From Cyanidioschyzon merolae (taxonomy: Eukaryota), in the NCBI GenBank assembly GCA_000091205.1, contig AP006498.2: a stretch of 64,000 nucleotides of DNA. One strand, written 5' to 3'. Of this stretch, positions 21,018 to 30,595 are shown piece after piece. The stretch's first letter is position 1. Each line of letters begins with the position of its first letter. Under the pieces are notes generated by a model that saw only the letters and a list, made by a program, of their open reading frames with translations, made no database searches and was not told where the DNA came from. The translations under genes and the position numbers were made by a program.

Positions 21018-21326
21018 AAAAGACCCTCCAGAGTTGAGAGAATTTCGTGGGACAACCTCTCAAAGTGGAACTATATGAGAAAAAGTTGAGAGAAGTAGTA
21101 GGTGGCCGGTCCAAAAAAGGGGAGGCGTCTGCACGTCAGTTGGCGACTTCGTGTCTAGGGCGCATTCGCCGCCACTACTGTACACCGCTGGCGACTGCTT
21201 TCGACTTTTGAAAGGCGTTCGCTGTCGCTGCCATGTGCTTCCGCAAAACCGCCTCCTCTGAACGGCCTCGACATCCGCTTTCGCAATAAAAGGCTCCGCG
21301 GGGTTTCCAATTGCTAAAACACGAGC

Positions 21327-22376
21327 TTAAAGACGGCGGTGTCTTTGAAAGATAAACACCGACTTGTCCCCGAGATCGTCCCGGATATTCTGCACAAATT
21401 TCCGTAAGGAAAATACCGTCATGAAAATGGCGACTACTGTGCTCAACGCGAGTCCCGAGTTTCCGGACGCGGTGCTCCACCAACCCAAGAAGTGTCCACC
21501 AACGAGTACCGGGACCAGCATGGCAAGCACCGACGCTTCTGCGCGTCGGAAACAGAACGCTTCCTTGAAGAACACGCCTGTCAGCGCCGCCGCCACCCAG
21601 CCGGCTCCCGTTAGAACGCCAACTGGATGCTGTATCAACCAGTGCACATACAAGTCGTGCGTGTTTGTCCATACCATCCACTCACTCAGTGCCGAGGTGA
21701 GTATTCCAAAGCCCAGCAAATACTGCAGCGCTCGATGAAGCGGCTTCAAGTAGATGTGGATGTAGTGTAGTGCGATACCCAGCCCGGCGACGCCACTCCA
21801 GTAGAGCGCCTCCACGAACGCAGTCGACCTGAATTGAGCCAAGTCCAGTGGGAGCTCTCCGTTCCCACTCGTTAACCAGGCCGCTCCAACAGCTGTCACA
21901 GCAGCTAAGGTAACCAACGCCATGCCCGCACGGTAAGCGCGCACCTCGCGAACGTCGGCCTCGGTTAGGAACCACTCACCAAAGGCGCCGGCGTACGGAC
22001 CACCGAGAACTTTATCTTCGTTTTGGCTGGACTTGAACGAGTTTGGTGAGAGCGACAGGCGCCAGCAGCGCTCCATACCACCATTACAACGCCGGCGACC
22101 TTGTCGTCGCTGCTGAACGCACCTGCTGTTCCGTGCTCTGAGCAAGGCGCGCATCTCAAATTGACGAGACGCTTGCCGACAGCACGTCTTGCTCCCATGT
22201 GTGCTAGGTAATAAAACCGTTCGAGAAAAAGACGAGTAAACAAAGTTGAAAGTCATGACGAACGGACCGTCGACGAGAGCGAAAAGCGCGTCTCGAAACC
22301 CAAGGAGATTATCGTTCCAGTGTTTCCGCCACTGCACGGCGGCCGATGACGACTTCGAGCTGCATACGCGGCACAA
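21327..22376 (-). CDS. predicted multi-pass membrane protein of unknown function (true start probably an internal Met)
   Basis: 349-aa ORF; at least 5 hydrophobic helices (MALVTLAAVTAVGAAWL, AFVEALYWSGVAGLGIALHYIHIYL, LLGFGILTSALSEWMVW, VGVLTGAGWVAAALTGVFF, VLAMLVPVLVGGHFLGWW). Confidence 0.4.
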   Translation of the reverse strand: MCRVCSSKSSSAAVQWRKHWNDNLLGFRDALFALVDGPFVMTFNFVYSSFSRTVLLPSTHGSKTCCRQASRQFEMRALLRARNSRCVQQRRQGRRRCNGGMERCWRLSLSPNSFKSSQNEDKVLGGPYAGAFGEWFLTEADVREVRAYRAGMALVTLAAVTAVGAAWLTSGNGELPLDLAQFRSTAFVEALYWSGVAGLGIALHYIHIYLKPLHRALQYLLGFGILTSALSEWMVWTNTHDLYVHWLIQHPVGVLTGAGWVAAALTGVFFKEAFCFRRAEASVLAMLVPVLVGGHFLGWWSTASGNSGLALSTVVAIFMTVFSLRKFVQNIRDDLGDKSVFIFQRHRRL

Positions 22377-22514
22377 CGCTGGACTTGGATACGAAACCCG
22401 GTACCTGATTCAAATCGAAGTTTGAACGGGTAGCTGTGTATCTCGAAAATCGAGGCTGTATATATACAAGAACGAAAGAGTGCAACATAGCGAGCTGTTG
22501 TTTGTGGCACTTTA

Positions 22515-22895
22515 CATATTGTGAGTAAACCAGAAAATGTTCCACGGATACTGGGGGTAGATTCATACCCACCAATAGAAACATCCGAGCATTTATGGAC
22601 TGGCCGCCTGCTTTCGGCATCAGCTTCTCCTTATAAAAGCATCAGAGGCTGCATCATGATTTTAGATCGCCTCAGGTCTTCAAGTCTGTTCTTCAGTGCC
22701 GCAAATCGTCTGATATCTATGCTCGCGTTACAGTCTCGTTTCACAAACTCTAGGCGTTTATTGCCACTGGTTGAACTCATGATTGCAAGCATTGCTAGCA
22801 CTGGTGCCGTCAACCACTCTACAGTTTCGTCTGTCGCTCATCTTCTCCTTTTCCCATTTCTTCGTTATTTGCTCTTCTTCGCTCCATGTTCGGCG
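22515..22895 (-). mobile_element. Fanzor 3'-terminal fragment A (C-terminal about 110 codons with frameshift plus conserved tail), inverted relative to fragment B
   Basis: minus-strand peptide AMLAIMSSTSGNKRLEFVKRDCNASIDIRRFAALKNRLEDLRRSKIMMQPLMLL (RDxNAxxNIRR); tail ...GGAACATTTTCTGGTTTACTCACAATA ends about 22515. Confidence 0.65.
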
Positions 22896-23245
22896 AGAAG
22901 AGCTATTTGCCCGACGACACAATGATGAGCCTGTCGTGGCACTGAGGTCGCGAGTTCTAGCAATCCTTGCATATCTGCGTTCAACCAGAGGCAATAAACG
23001 CATGAATTCAGTGAACCGAGGCGTCGACGCCAGCATCAATATCAGACGAGTTGCAGTGCTAAAGACGAGCCCCCAGGAGCTGACGCGAGCCAACGCTGTC
23101 CGGCAACCTCTGATACTCCAGGTATTCCGGGAGAAACGGAAGCCGATAGCATTCGACCGCTCCATAAATGCCACGAGACGTCTCCAAGTGGATATACCAT
23201 GCATCCCCATGATTGGGGAATGTTTTTCGTTTTATCGTTATTGCC
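22895..23245 (+). mobile_element. Fanzor 3'-terminal fragment B, forms a palindrome with fragment A
   Basis: peptide RSRVLAILAYLRSTRGNKRMNSVNRGVDASINIRRVAVLKTSPQELTRANAVRQPLILQ; conserved tail to about 23245; about 70-75% nucleotide identity to the reverse complement of fragment A. Confidence 0.65.
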
Positions 23246-23372
23246 CGCGGCGGCTTCAGAGGCGTTGTCGCTCCGCAGGGTTTCCAGCCAAATAGCTTCA
23301 ACGCACTACGCTGGCACGTTTTCGGCACTACCGCCACCAGCTTGTCTGTGTGTTGGTGTATTTATCTGATCC

Positions 23373-26300
23373 ATGCGTCTTTCCGAGAGGCCGTGGTCAC
23401 CGGTGACGCCTTTCTTGGGCGCCTTTCAGTGTTTGCGGCGATCAGTTGATCCTGAAGCTGCAAGCTCCCGGAAGACGCCTGTCGACGGGGTACGGACGAC
23501 GACTCGAAGTCACTCGGTAACCGCTGTCGGAATAGAACGCGCTAGCTCGCTCGTGTCAAACGTTACTGAGGATGAGCTTCTTGATCAGTCGATACGCCCA
23601 GAACTTGTGCGACTCTTATCGAAAGGCGAGGGTGCACTCAAGTCCGAAAAGGAACCAGCAGCGCCCGTTACGGTACGTCTGCAGCTGAAACGCTGGCGAC
23701 GACGAGAGGCGTCCTCGGTAGAACACTGGAATCCAGCGGTTACGTGCCATGTAAGGCAAGGTCCCGACTGGGAGACCGCCTACGGTTCATGCCCAGCATC
23801 TGTCTACCTTGATGAGTTGGACTCGCTCTGGAGTATTTGTCAACGAAGTGCGCTGGATTCATCGAACACGGAGCAACCACAGCGCGTTGCATTAGCCGAT
23901 CGGTTGTGGTCTCTGTCGCTTCAACTACAAAGCATCGTGCATACTGGACGAATCAACTGGGCCAAACTTGCAGGTGCATGCGAGAGCGGCTGCCTGAATG
24001 CTTCCGGGCCTCGTCACGATACCGTTTCGGACTTGGGCGGTTCATCGACGACGCGTCTCATGACGGATGACGGACAAAACCTCCTGAATCATTCGTCCGA
24101 ATCTCCTTCATGTTACCAAGCGCCCGCTCAGGAGACGCATCATGACGATTCACCATCGTGGGTGTCGTCCAAGACGAGTCAAGGCAGTGCGGAGCTACCA
24201 TCGGTGCCGCTTTCACCTCAGATACGCCCGAAAGCAGCATTCGTATCCGCTGATATGGAACTAGTGGCTATTGCCGATGATCAGGGGCGGGCGGCATCGT
24301 ACGCTGACGGTGAGCATGCCACAGCAGTGTGTGCAAAGCTCGTTTCATGGCCCAGCGACGACGACGACGACGACGACGACTCGCAAGTATGGGATGCCTC
24401 TGCAGACGAGACGATGCGACGCTCACGAAGAAAGCACGTGCTCCGGATCCCGAAAGCAAAGCAGGAATACCTCGTGTCGGTACCTGCGTCATGTCCACAC
24501 TGGGGCATCTGGTGGCTGCCTGGAACCGCAATCCTCGAACCGCTCCTGGAGATACTGGAGAGCCCTACCGCCTCGATCGCCGTTGTTACCGCGACGCTGG
24601 AAACACTAGAGCGCCTCCTGCGGCGAGGAGCTGCTCGTGGCCTTGTGCTCGATGAACAGCGGGATGTTGTTGTCACAGTGGCGACAAGTAGCGTAGCAAC
24701 CGACGCAGGTTGCACCCAGGGATCAGCGACTGCCTCTATAGAAAGCTTTCGCGTACTTGGCCGCCGCTGGCTTGACCTCTACGCCCGGGAACGGGTGCTC
24801 GCGAGACTCGTGGTGGTTGCCCTCACGCGCTGGTATCAGCAGCAAGTTCGCGTAGCCGGCGCCGAGTCCGCTCTACTTTGCTTTCTTCATTTGGTGCAGA
24901 CCATTGTGGACGCTGGCGTTCCCAGTCTCGATGGAGACGCTGTCGCGTCTTCTACCGCTCTGAATAGAGACACCGGTGCCGCCTCGAGTTGCGGAGCATT
25001 GCCAGTCAGCGCGCTCGAGTCGCTCTGCCTGATGTGTCTGCACTGTGCCGCGGGACGTCATCGACTTCGTTCACCGCTGTTACGACGTCGCGGGGAAGAG
25101 GTGCTGGTGAAGATCAGTGAACTGCTCTTCCGTCGTGCGTCTGGAGCAGCAATTCGCAAGTGGATGCTTCGGCTGATTGCAGCGATGATAGACCCCACGG
25201 TTGCGGATGCTGCGCTTGTCATTTGTGGTGAAGACGCAGCGTCGATCACCGCGGAATCGTCATCTCCGGGGGAAACGGTGAACGATGATCACGTTGCAAA
25301 CCCCGTTTCTGAACTCCGTCGCATCCTCTGGGAGGACAAGTCCACTGGACGCGCTGCCACGGAATGGCTCGGCCTCGGCCTGCTGAACAGTTCCGTGGAT
25401 GCCAACCGTCGACGAAAAGAGACACAAGTACTGGGATTACGCATGCTGCATCCAGTTCTGGATGCCCTGATCCAGGCTCAGACGCCCATCTCCGAGCAGG
25501 TGCTGGGCGTGGATGCAACGCTTCGAGCGCTGGTGCTGGGTCCACTCAGCCTGGCCTTGTTGCGCTGTTTAGCCCAGAGCGATGACGCCTTGTGCGCAGA
25601 GGTACATGCGTTAGCGTTTCCACTCGCGCTCAAGCTCGTGGAATGCCTGGGACCGGAGGCGCTCACCTTTTTTCATACCCTGTTGACTGTGATCCTGCCG
25701 AGCGCCCTGGAGGGTGTCCGCGAACCCGCGATGCGCTCGAACGGCTCCGTTGCTCAAGAGCTGTGTTTCCCGCTGCTGCGTCAGCTGCTGTCGCGTCTGG
25801 ATCTACTCTGGAGCGCCTACCTTGCCTATGACTGCAGCCTGCAGTTTGCCGACGCTCTCGGGCCGCTGTTCCAGGTCATCGCGAACGCATCGCACCCGTT
25901 TGCGGTACCGCTCATGGCTACGCTGCTGGAGAGCCTCCAGCAACGCGACTGGGGTCCACGGCCGCTGCGGCTAAAGCCCTGCACTGCCGCGGACTGGGAC
26001 ACTTTGTACCAGCAGCGAGCACAGAAGCAGCGACGTCAACAAGTGCTGGATACATTGGCGGGAAACGGGGCCTCCCAGCGAGACTGGAATGCCACTGACT
26101 TGTGGAAGAGTCTCCAGAAAAGTCAGCTGCTCGGCGAGGGCACTCCACCAGAGCCAGCAGCAACACCATCTGCAGCGTCTTTGCTGGCGCAGTTTCTCCG
26201 CGCTACACCCGAACTTGACAAAGTCCTCATTGGCCAAGTGATCGGCAGTCCAGACCCGTTCAGTCAACAAGTGTTGGCTGCTTACGCGCAGACCTTTGAC

Positions 26301-29300
26301 CTGCACCAGCTTCCCATTGATGCAGCGCTGCGTCTCTTTCTCGAGTCGTTCCGCTTGCCAGGAGAGAGTCAGAAAATCGATCGCATCATGCAGGCATTTG
26401 CCACCCATTACTTTAACCAGAATCAGGGACCATCGTTGCCGCTGGCTTCAGCAGACGCTGCTCATGTACTCAGTTTCGCGATGATTATGTTGAATACGGA
26501 TCAACATCATGGACAGGTGAAGCAGCGCATGACTCTCGCAGATTTTACGCACAACAATCGAGGTATCAATGACGGTGACGATCTCCCTGCGGCCTATTTG
26601 CAGGGCATCTATGAGCGCATTCGTCAACAGGAGATACGACTCAGCGATGATCACGGTGTTGCTGCGCTCGACCGTGTCCACTGGGAGGCACTGCTGCGGA
26701 ACCAGCAGCATGCCCTGCAGGTAGGCAGCGGGCATGCCGAGCAGCTCTGGACGTCCCCAAGACGTGCTGCAGCGTGTTTGCTCGGTTTCATCTGGCCTAC
26801 GCTGCTCGAGGCGTTTGGATCACGACTCGTGCTGTTACTGTTTCCACCGGGAGTCGCCAGTGCAGAGGCCGGTGCCACGACTGCACATTCGTCGTCGACG
26901 ACGACGTCGACGCTGTCCAGCGCCCTGACAGAGCGACCCCAGTCCGCGGAGCACCGGAGCATGCGGCGTGCTGGGCGTTTGCTTAGCCAGGGCACCAGCA
27001 GTGGTAGCGGTAGCGGCTCTGAGCATCCTGCCGAGCCGCTTCTATTACCGGTGCTTGGTGCCGCTGACCCGTCATGGGATCAGGTCGAAGAGGACGCTTT
27101 GCCGTCGGGCGATGAGTCACGTGTCCAGTTGCAGGAACGCTGGCTCACACGTTGGGATCACTGGAGACGTACCATTGTTGAGGATCAAGGCCCGTGGCTC
27201 GTTCGCTATCGAACCCGAGCTGCGCTCCGCGAGGCCGTTCTCCGTCTCTTTTGTCGACTGGGCTGGACTGCGCATCTGCTGGCGATGCCTACGATTCTTG
27301 GACAGGTGCTCGAGCTTCTGACGCTGCTCACGGGTGTCGTCGATGATCGTTGGCCAGAGCCGACTCCGGAAACCGCAAGCCACCGCTGCTCGCTACCAGA
27401 AGCTCCATGTCCGTGTATCCAAGCACCTGAACAAGATGAAGCGGTCTGGGTGTTTCTAAGTCACTGGAAACGCTCCCGCCGGAAGACGCGCTCTGCTACC
27501 TGGCTCGGACGACATCGACCAGCACAGCAGGTTCTGGTTGCAGTCCTCGGGCTAGCAGCTCGGTGTCTACCCGGTTTGGACGCCGCCGCCTGGTGTGCGT
27601 TAACTGCGCTCCAGTTACGGCTGGTGGAGATGCGCCTCACGAGTCCGCTGCTCATCGAACCCGAATTCGTGAACTGGCTGCCGGCACTCTGGGCGCCCGA
27701 CGGGACCCTGTTGCTGCCGGGACGCTTTGCACCGCCCTGGGCGTCTATGCTGCGGGATCTGGCTCTTCGAGAGTGCCCTGAGCTGCAGTTGCTGCGGCCG
27801 TCAGCGGCGGACGTAGCGTCGCCTCAGCCGGAGCCAACCAGTCTGTCGGGGTGCGTGGCGGCCGGTACACCCCAGTCACCACAGCAGCGACACATGCGAA
27901 AGACTCGTTCCGCTGAGGAACGCCTCGAGAGGCGCACCAAACACACTGCTGCCGATGCCGACACCCAGAGCCTCATCGCCTCCAGAGGCATCGGAGGCGA
28001 TGACGGTGATGATGATGAGGATCATGCAACTGCGTCTGCTGCACAGCATACCGTGGATGCCCCTAGACTGGGTGACAGGATGCAGGTGCTACCCCAGGAG
28101 CTCGTGGATATGGCCGACGATTCCTCCGAGGCCAACAGTTACGGTGCGAGCGGAAGCGGGCTCTTGGCTACGCTCCTCAGCGGCATCGGGTTCGGATTCA
28201 GCGGCACCGAGACGAGTACCAGCACCAGTGCAGACTCCGCTGCGGCCAAAGGGCGTCCTCGACACGACAAGACGCAGACCGGCGGCGACAATGACCTTGA
28301 GCGAGCGCGTTCTTGGCGAGCTGTCGAGCGACTCATCGCGGATCCCGAGCCAGACGAGTTGTCGGACCTGGATGCGTATCGCAGTCCAACGGAATGTGCA
28401 CCTTCTACTCGAAACGCAGATGCCTCGCTTTCGCAGCCTGCAACGACGACGACAACCACCGCTGCCGATACAGGCGCTGGGAAGACAACAGCCCCTGAAA
28501 CGGAGCCGTGGCGGCGTCTGGTCGTCGAGGACTCGTGGGACCTCGTGCGAGCGGTTTTCCCGCGGTATCTACGGAAACCTGATATGGACGCGGAACGAAG
28601 GGCGCTTACCCGCCGCTGCCTAGTCTATGCCCTGCAGCAAGCGAACCTCTTTGACCCGGCTCGTTGGATGACGGCTTCCGCCGGACTGCTGGAGGCTCTC
28701 GGCCATGCAGCGCGTTGGGCGTACCAGCTGCCGATGCCCGCGGCAACACGGCCTGTTGCACTGGAAACCCTGCACCCAGACTCGGGGAATCAGCAGCACG
28801 AGCAGCACCAGCAACACCAGCAGAAACAGCAGCAGCCTGAGAGCGCTCTCACATCGACCTGGACTGTGTCAGCATGTCGCTGGTTTCCGCGTAGAGCGCT
28901 GTGGCGGTACGCACACCTCAGCGCCGCAGATACCGCAACCTGGCGCAAAGCCTGGCTCCTGGAACATGTATCACTGGTTGTGCTGAGTGATGTGGGACGA
29001 ATGCTTGCGCACTGGGGCGTGCTCCAGGAGCTCGTGCACATGGAAATGGCCACTGCCGTCGATGACCCGACGCTTTCCCTAGAATGTGCGGTGTTTGCTT
29101 TGGTGCGTTTGGTGCTGCGTGTGCTTGCCGTAGCGGAGCGCAACTTGTCCGATAGAGTCTGTTGGACAATTCTGGCGGCTGTCTACAAGAATCTGCGTCT
29201 GCTGATGCCGTTGGCGACCTCCGCCTTCGACGCGCTTTGTTTACCGGTGTTGGTTGCACTGGGAACGATACTGGAGCGGTATCCACGCTGGATACCCCCT

Positions 29301-30533
29301 GAGGACGGCTGGGAAACGCTGTGTCTTGTATTGGAGCGTGCTCTCCGACAGTCAGAGTCGACGGTGCAGGTAGCTTGGCAGGTGCTCATGCTTCTGCTTG
29401 CGCGGCTAGATCAGCAAATGGAGCATGGAACGCTCCACGAGACCGAGGAGTTTTCGCTCCAATGTCTCGAATTGCTTCTCACGGCGATCGAGCAGCCGTA
29501 TCGTCCAGCAGCTACTACTGCTGCATCCACTGGCACAAATGCCGTCTCTCCATATGGATGCTTTCAGCGCTTGTTTGCACAGCGTGCGGCTCTGTTGACT
29601 GGAGCCGAGCGTTGCTTACCGCTCCTCGGACGTCTCGCACGTGTCGTCGCTACCCACCGGTCCATATCGGTACGCTACGAAGCCCTGGTAACACTGGAAC
29701 GCATCCTGATGGAGCCGCTCTGGCAGAATATCTCGGAATCGTCGCGCGTAGAATTGTTTACCGGTGTGTTGCTGCCGCTCGCTGAAGCGCTGCAATGGGA
29801 GGTGCTCTCCAACGAGAGCACGTTGCACACAGATCCGGTGCTCCGAGAGCGCCTTCTCATCCGCTTGGTCATGGTGCTGAACCGGTTCTGGCTTTTGCAG
29901 CACATGCTGTTGCAGCAAGTACCAGAAACGACCATCAACGACTGGTGGATGCGCCTAGTGCGCATCCTAGGTGACCTGTACGCTGTTGCGGTACGGCGTT
30001 CGCGAGCACAGCGCCTCGCTGGCGTCTCCGACGGCCGCTGGGCATCGGCACCGGTGCCTGTAGCGGCCTCGGAGACGCTCGCGGAGCACATCCATGAGAC
30101 GCTCAAGAATACGCTCCTGGTTATGGTAACGGGTGGTTTTCTGGATCCAACTCTGGAGCTTGCTGGTGCAGAAACGACCGCTGTCACTGAGAATGCGTGC
30201 AGTACAGCTGCTCGACGTTGGTCGGAGACGTTCACGCTTCTGGCTCCGCTGTTTCCCGCGCTCGAGGAGGACCTGTTGGGACTTTTGGCGCAAGCACCGA
30301 TGCATCGCTCTCGCGCTGTTCAGCGAGACACGGACGCCGCCCATACGCTTGCCGAACAAAAAATCAGTCCGACACCCGTGGATGTTCCACAGCGACCGGA
30401 TGATGTCACGACGCATACACTGACCGAGACGAGCGCTCAGACAACGGACGCCAGCACGTCCACCTATGAATCGGCAGCGCCGAGTGCGGTGCTCTGCACC
30501 GACGAGCACTCCTGTACCGAACTGGACAAGTAA
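23373..30533 (+). CDS. Sec7-domain ARF guanine-nucleotide exchange factor, large BIG/GBF1-like
   Basis: 2386-aa uninterrupted ORF; Sec7 catalytic region FRLPGESQKIDRIMQAFATHYFNQN ... AHVLSFAMIMLNTDQHHGQVKQRMTLADFTHNNRGINDGDDLPAAYLQGIYERI (FRLPGE and MLNTD motifs); flanking HUS/HDS-like helical regions; several low-complexity inserts. Confidence 0.8.
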   Translation: MRLSERPWSPVTPFLGAFQCLRRSVDPEAASSRKTPVDGVRTTTRSHSVTAVGIERASSLVSNVTEDELLDQSIRPELVRLLSKGEGALKSEKEPAAPVTVRLQLKRWRRREASSVEHWNPAVTCHVRQGPDWETAYGSCPASVYLDELDSLWSICQRSALDSSNTEQPQRVALADRLWSLSLQLQSIVHTGRINWAKLAGACESGCLNASGPRHDTVSDLGGSSTTRLMTDDGQNLLNHSSESPSCYQAPAQETHHDDSPSWVSSKTSQGSAELPSVPLSPQIRPKAAFVSADMELVAIADDQGRAASYADGEHATAVCAKLVSWPSDDDDDDDDSQVWDASADETMRRSRRKHVLRIPKAKQEYLVSVPASCPHWGIWWLPGTAILEPLLEILESPTASIAVVTATLETLERLLRRGAARGLVLDEQRDVVVTVATSSVATDAGCTQGSATASIESFRVLGRRWLDLYARERVLARLVVVALTRWYQQQVRVAGAESALLCFLHLVQTIVDAGVPSLDGDAVASSTALNRDTGAASSCGALPVSALESLCLMCLHCAAGRHRLRSPLLRRRGEEVLVKISELLFRRASGAAIRKWMLRLIAAMIDPTVADAALVICGEDAASITAESSSPGETVNDDHVANPVSELRRILWEDKSTGRAATEWLGLGLLNSSVDANRRRKETQVLGLRMLHPVLDALIQAQTPISEQVLGVDATLRALVLGPLSLALLRCLAQSDDALCAEVHALAFPLALKLVECLGPEALTFFHTLLTVILPSALEGVREPAMRSNGSVAQELCFPLLRQLLSRLDLLWSAYLAYDCSLQFADALGPLFQVIANASHPFAVPLMATLLESLQQRDWGPRPLRLKPCTAADWDTLYQQRAQKQRRQQVLDTLAGNGASQRDWNATDLWKSLQKSQLLGEGTPPEPAATPSAASLLAQFLRATPELDKVLIGQVIGSPDPFSQQVLAAYAQTFDLHQLPIDAALRLFLESFRLPGESQKIDRIMQAFATHYFNQNQGPSLPLASADAAHVLSFAMIMLNTDQHHGQVKQRMTLADFTHNNRGINDGDDLPAAYLQGIYERIRQQEIRLSDDHGVAALDRVHWEALLRNQQHALQVGSGHAEQLWTSPRRAAACLLGFIWPTLLEAFGSRLVLLLFPPGVASAEAGATTAHSSSTTTSTLSSALTERPQSAEHRSMRRAGRLLSQGTSSGSGSGSEHPAEPLLLPVLGAADPSWDQVEEDALPSGDESRVQLQERWLTRWDHWRRTIVEDQGPWLVRYRTRAALREAVLRLFCRLGWTAHLLAMPTILGQVLELLTLLTGVVDDRWPEPTPETASHRCSLPEAPCPCIQAPEQDEAVWVFLSHWKRSRRKTRSATWLGRHRPAQQVLVAVLGLAARCLPGLDAAAWCALTALQLRLVEMRLTSPLLIEPEFVNWLPALWAPDGTLLLPGRFAPPWASMLRDLALRECPELQLLRPSAADVASPQPEPTSLSGCVAAGTPQSPQQRHMRKTRSAEERLERRTKHTAADADTQSLIASRGIGGDDGDDDEDHATASAAQHTVDAPRLGDRMQVLPQELVDMADDSSEANSYGASGSGLLATLLSGIGFGFSGTETSTSTSADSAAAKGRPRHDKTQTGGDNDLERARSWRAVERLIADPEPDELSDLDAYRSPTECAPSTRNADASLSQPATTTTTTAADTGAGKTTAPETEPWRRLVVEDSWDLVRAVFPRYLRKPDMDAERRALTRRCLVYALQQANLFDPARWMTASAGLLEALGHAARWAYQLPMPAATRPVALETLHPDSGNQQHEQHQQHQQKQQQPESALTSTWTVSACRWFPRRALWRYAHLSAADTATWRKAWLLEHVSLVVLSDVGRMLAHWGVLQELVHMEMATAVDDPTLSLECAVFALVRLVLRVLAVAERNLSDRVCWTILAAVYKNLRLLMPLATSAFDALCLPVLVALGTILERYPRWIPPEDGWETLCLVLERALRQSESTVQVAWQVLMLLLARLDQQMEHGTLHETEEFSLQCLELLLTAIEQPYRPAATTAASTGTNAVSPYGCFQRLFAQRAALLTGAERCLPLLGRLARVVATHRSISVRYEALVTLERILMEPLWQNISESSRVELFTGVLLPLAEALQWEVLSNESTLHTDPVLRERLLIRLVMVLNRFWLLQHMLLQQVPETTINDWWMRLVRILGDLYAVAVRRSRAQRLAGVSDGRWASAPVPVAASETLAEHIHETLKNTLLVMVTGGFLDPTLELAGAETTAVTENACSTAARRWSETFTLLAPLFPALEEDLLGLLAQAPMHRSRAVQRDTDAAHTLAEQKISPTPVDVPQRPDDVTTHTLTETSAQTTDASTSTYESAAPSAVLCTDEHSCTELDK
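24357..24380. repeat. (GAC)8 microsatellite inside Sec7 CDS (poly-Asp)
   Basis: gacgacgacgacgacgacgacgac; protein DDDDDDDD. Confidence 0.9.
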
Positions 30534-30576
30534 AAAAGCAAGACGATGAGGCGCGCATTGCAGTGCATGCTCGATG

Positions 30577-30595
30577 GTGTGTGTGTGTGTGTGTG
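30577..30595. repeat. (GT)9 dinucleotide microsatellite in the 3' flank of the Sec7 gene
   Basis: gtgtgtgtgtgtgtgtgtg read directly. Confidence 0.9.

Larger units (their letters stand above)
19041..21190 (+). mobile_element. Fanzor-bearing element (eukaryotic TnpB / OMEGA-family), most complete copy in window; left boundary not defined; right end estimated about 21185 from tail homology with other copies
   Basis: open frame 19041-21017 with one internal TAA, followed by about 170 nt of non-coding tail that is homologous to the tails of four other copies. Confidence 0.6.
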
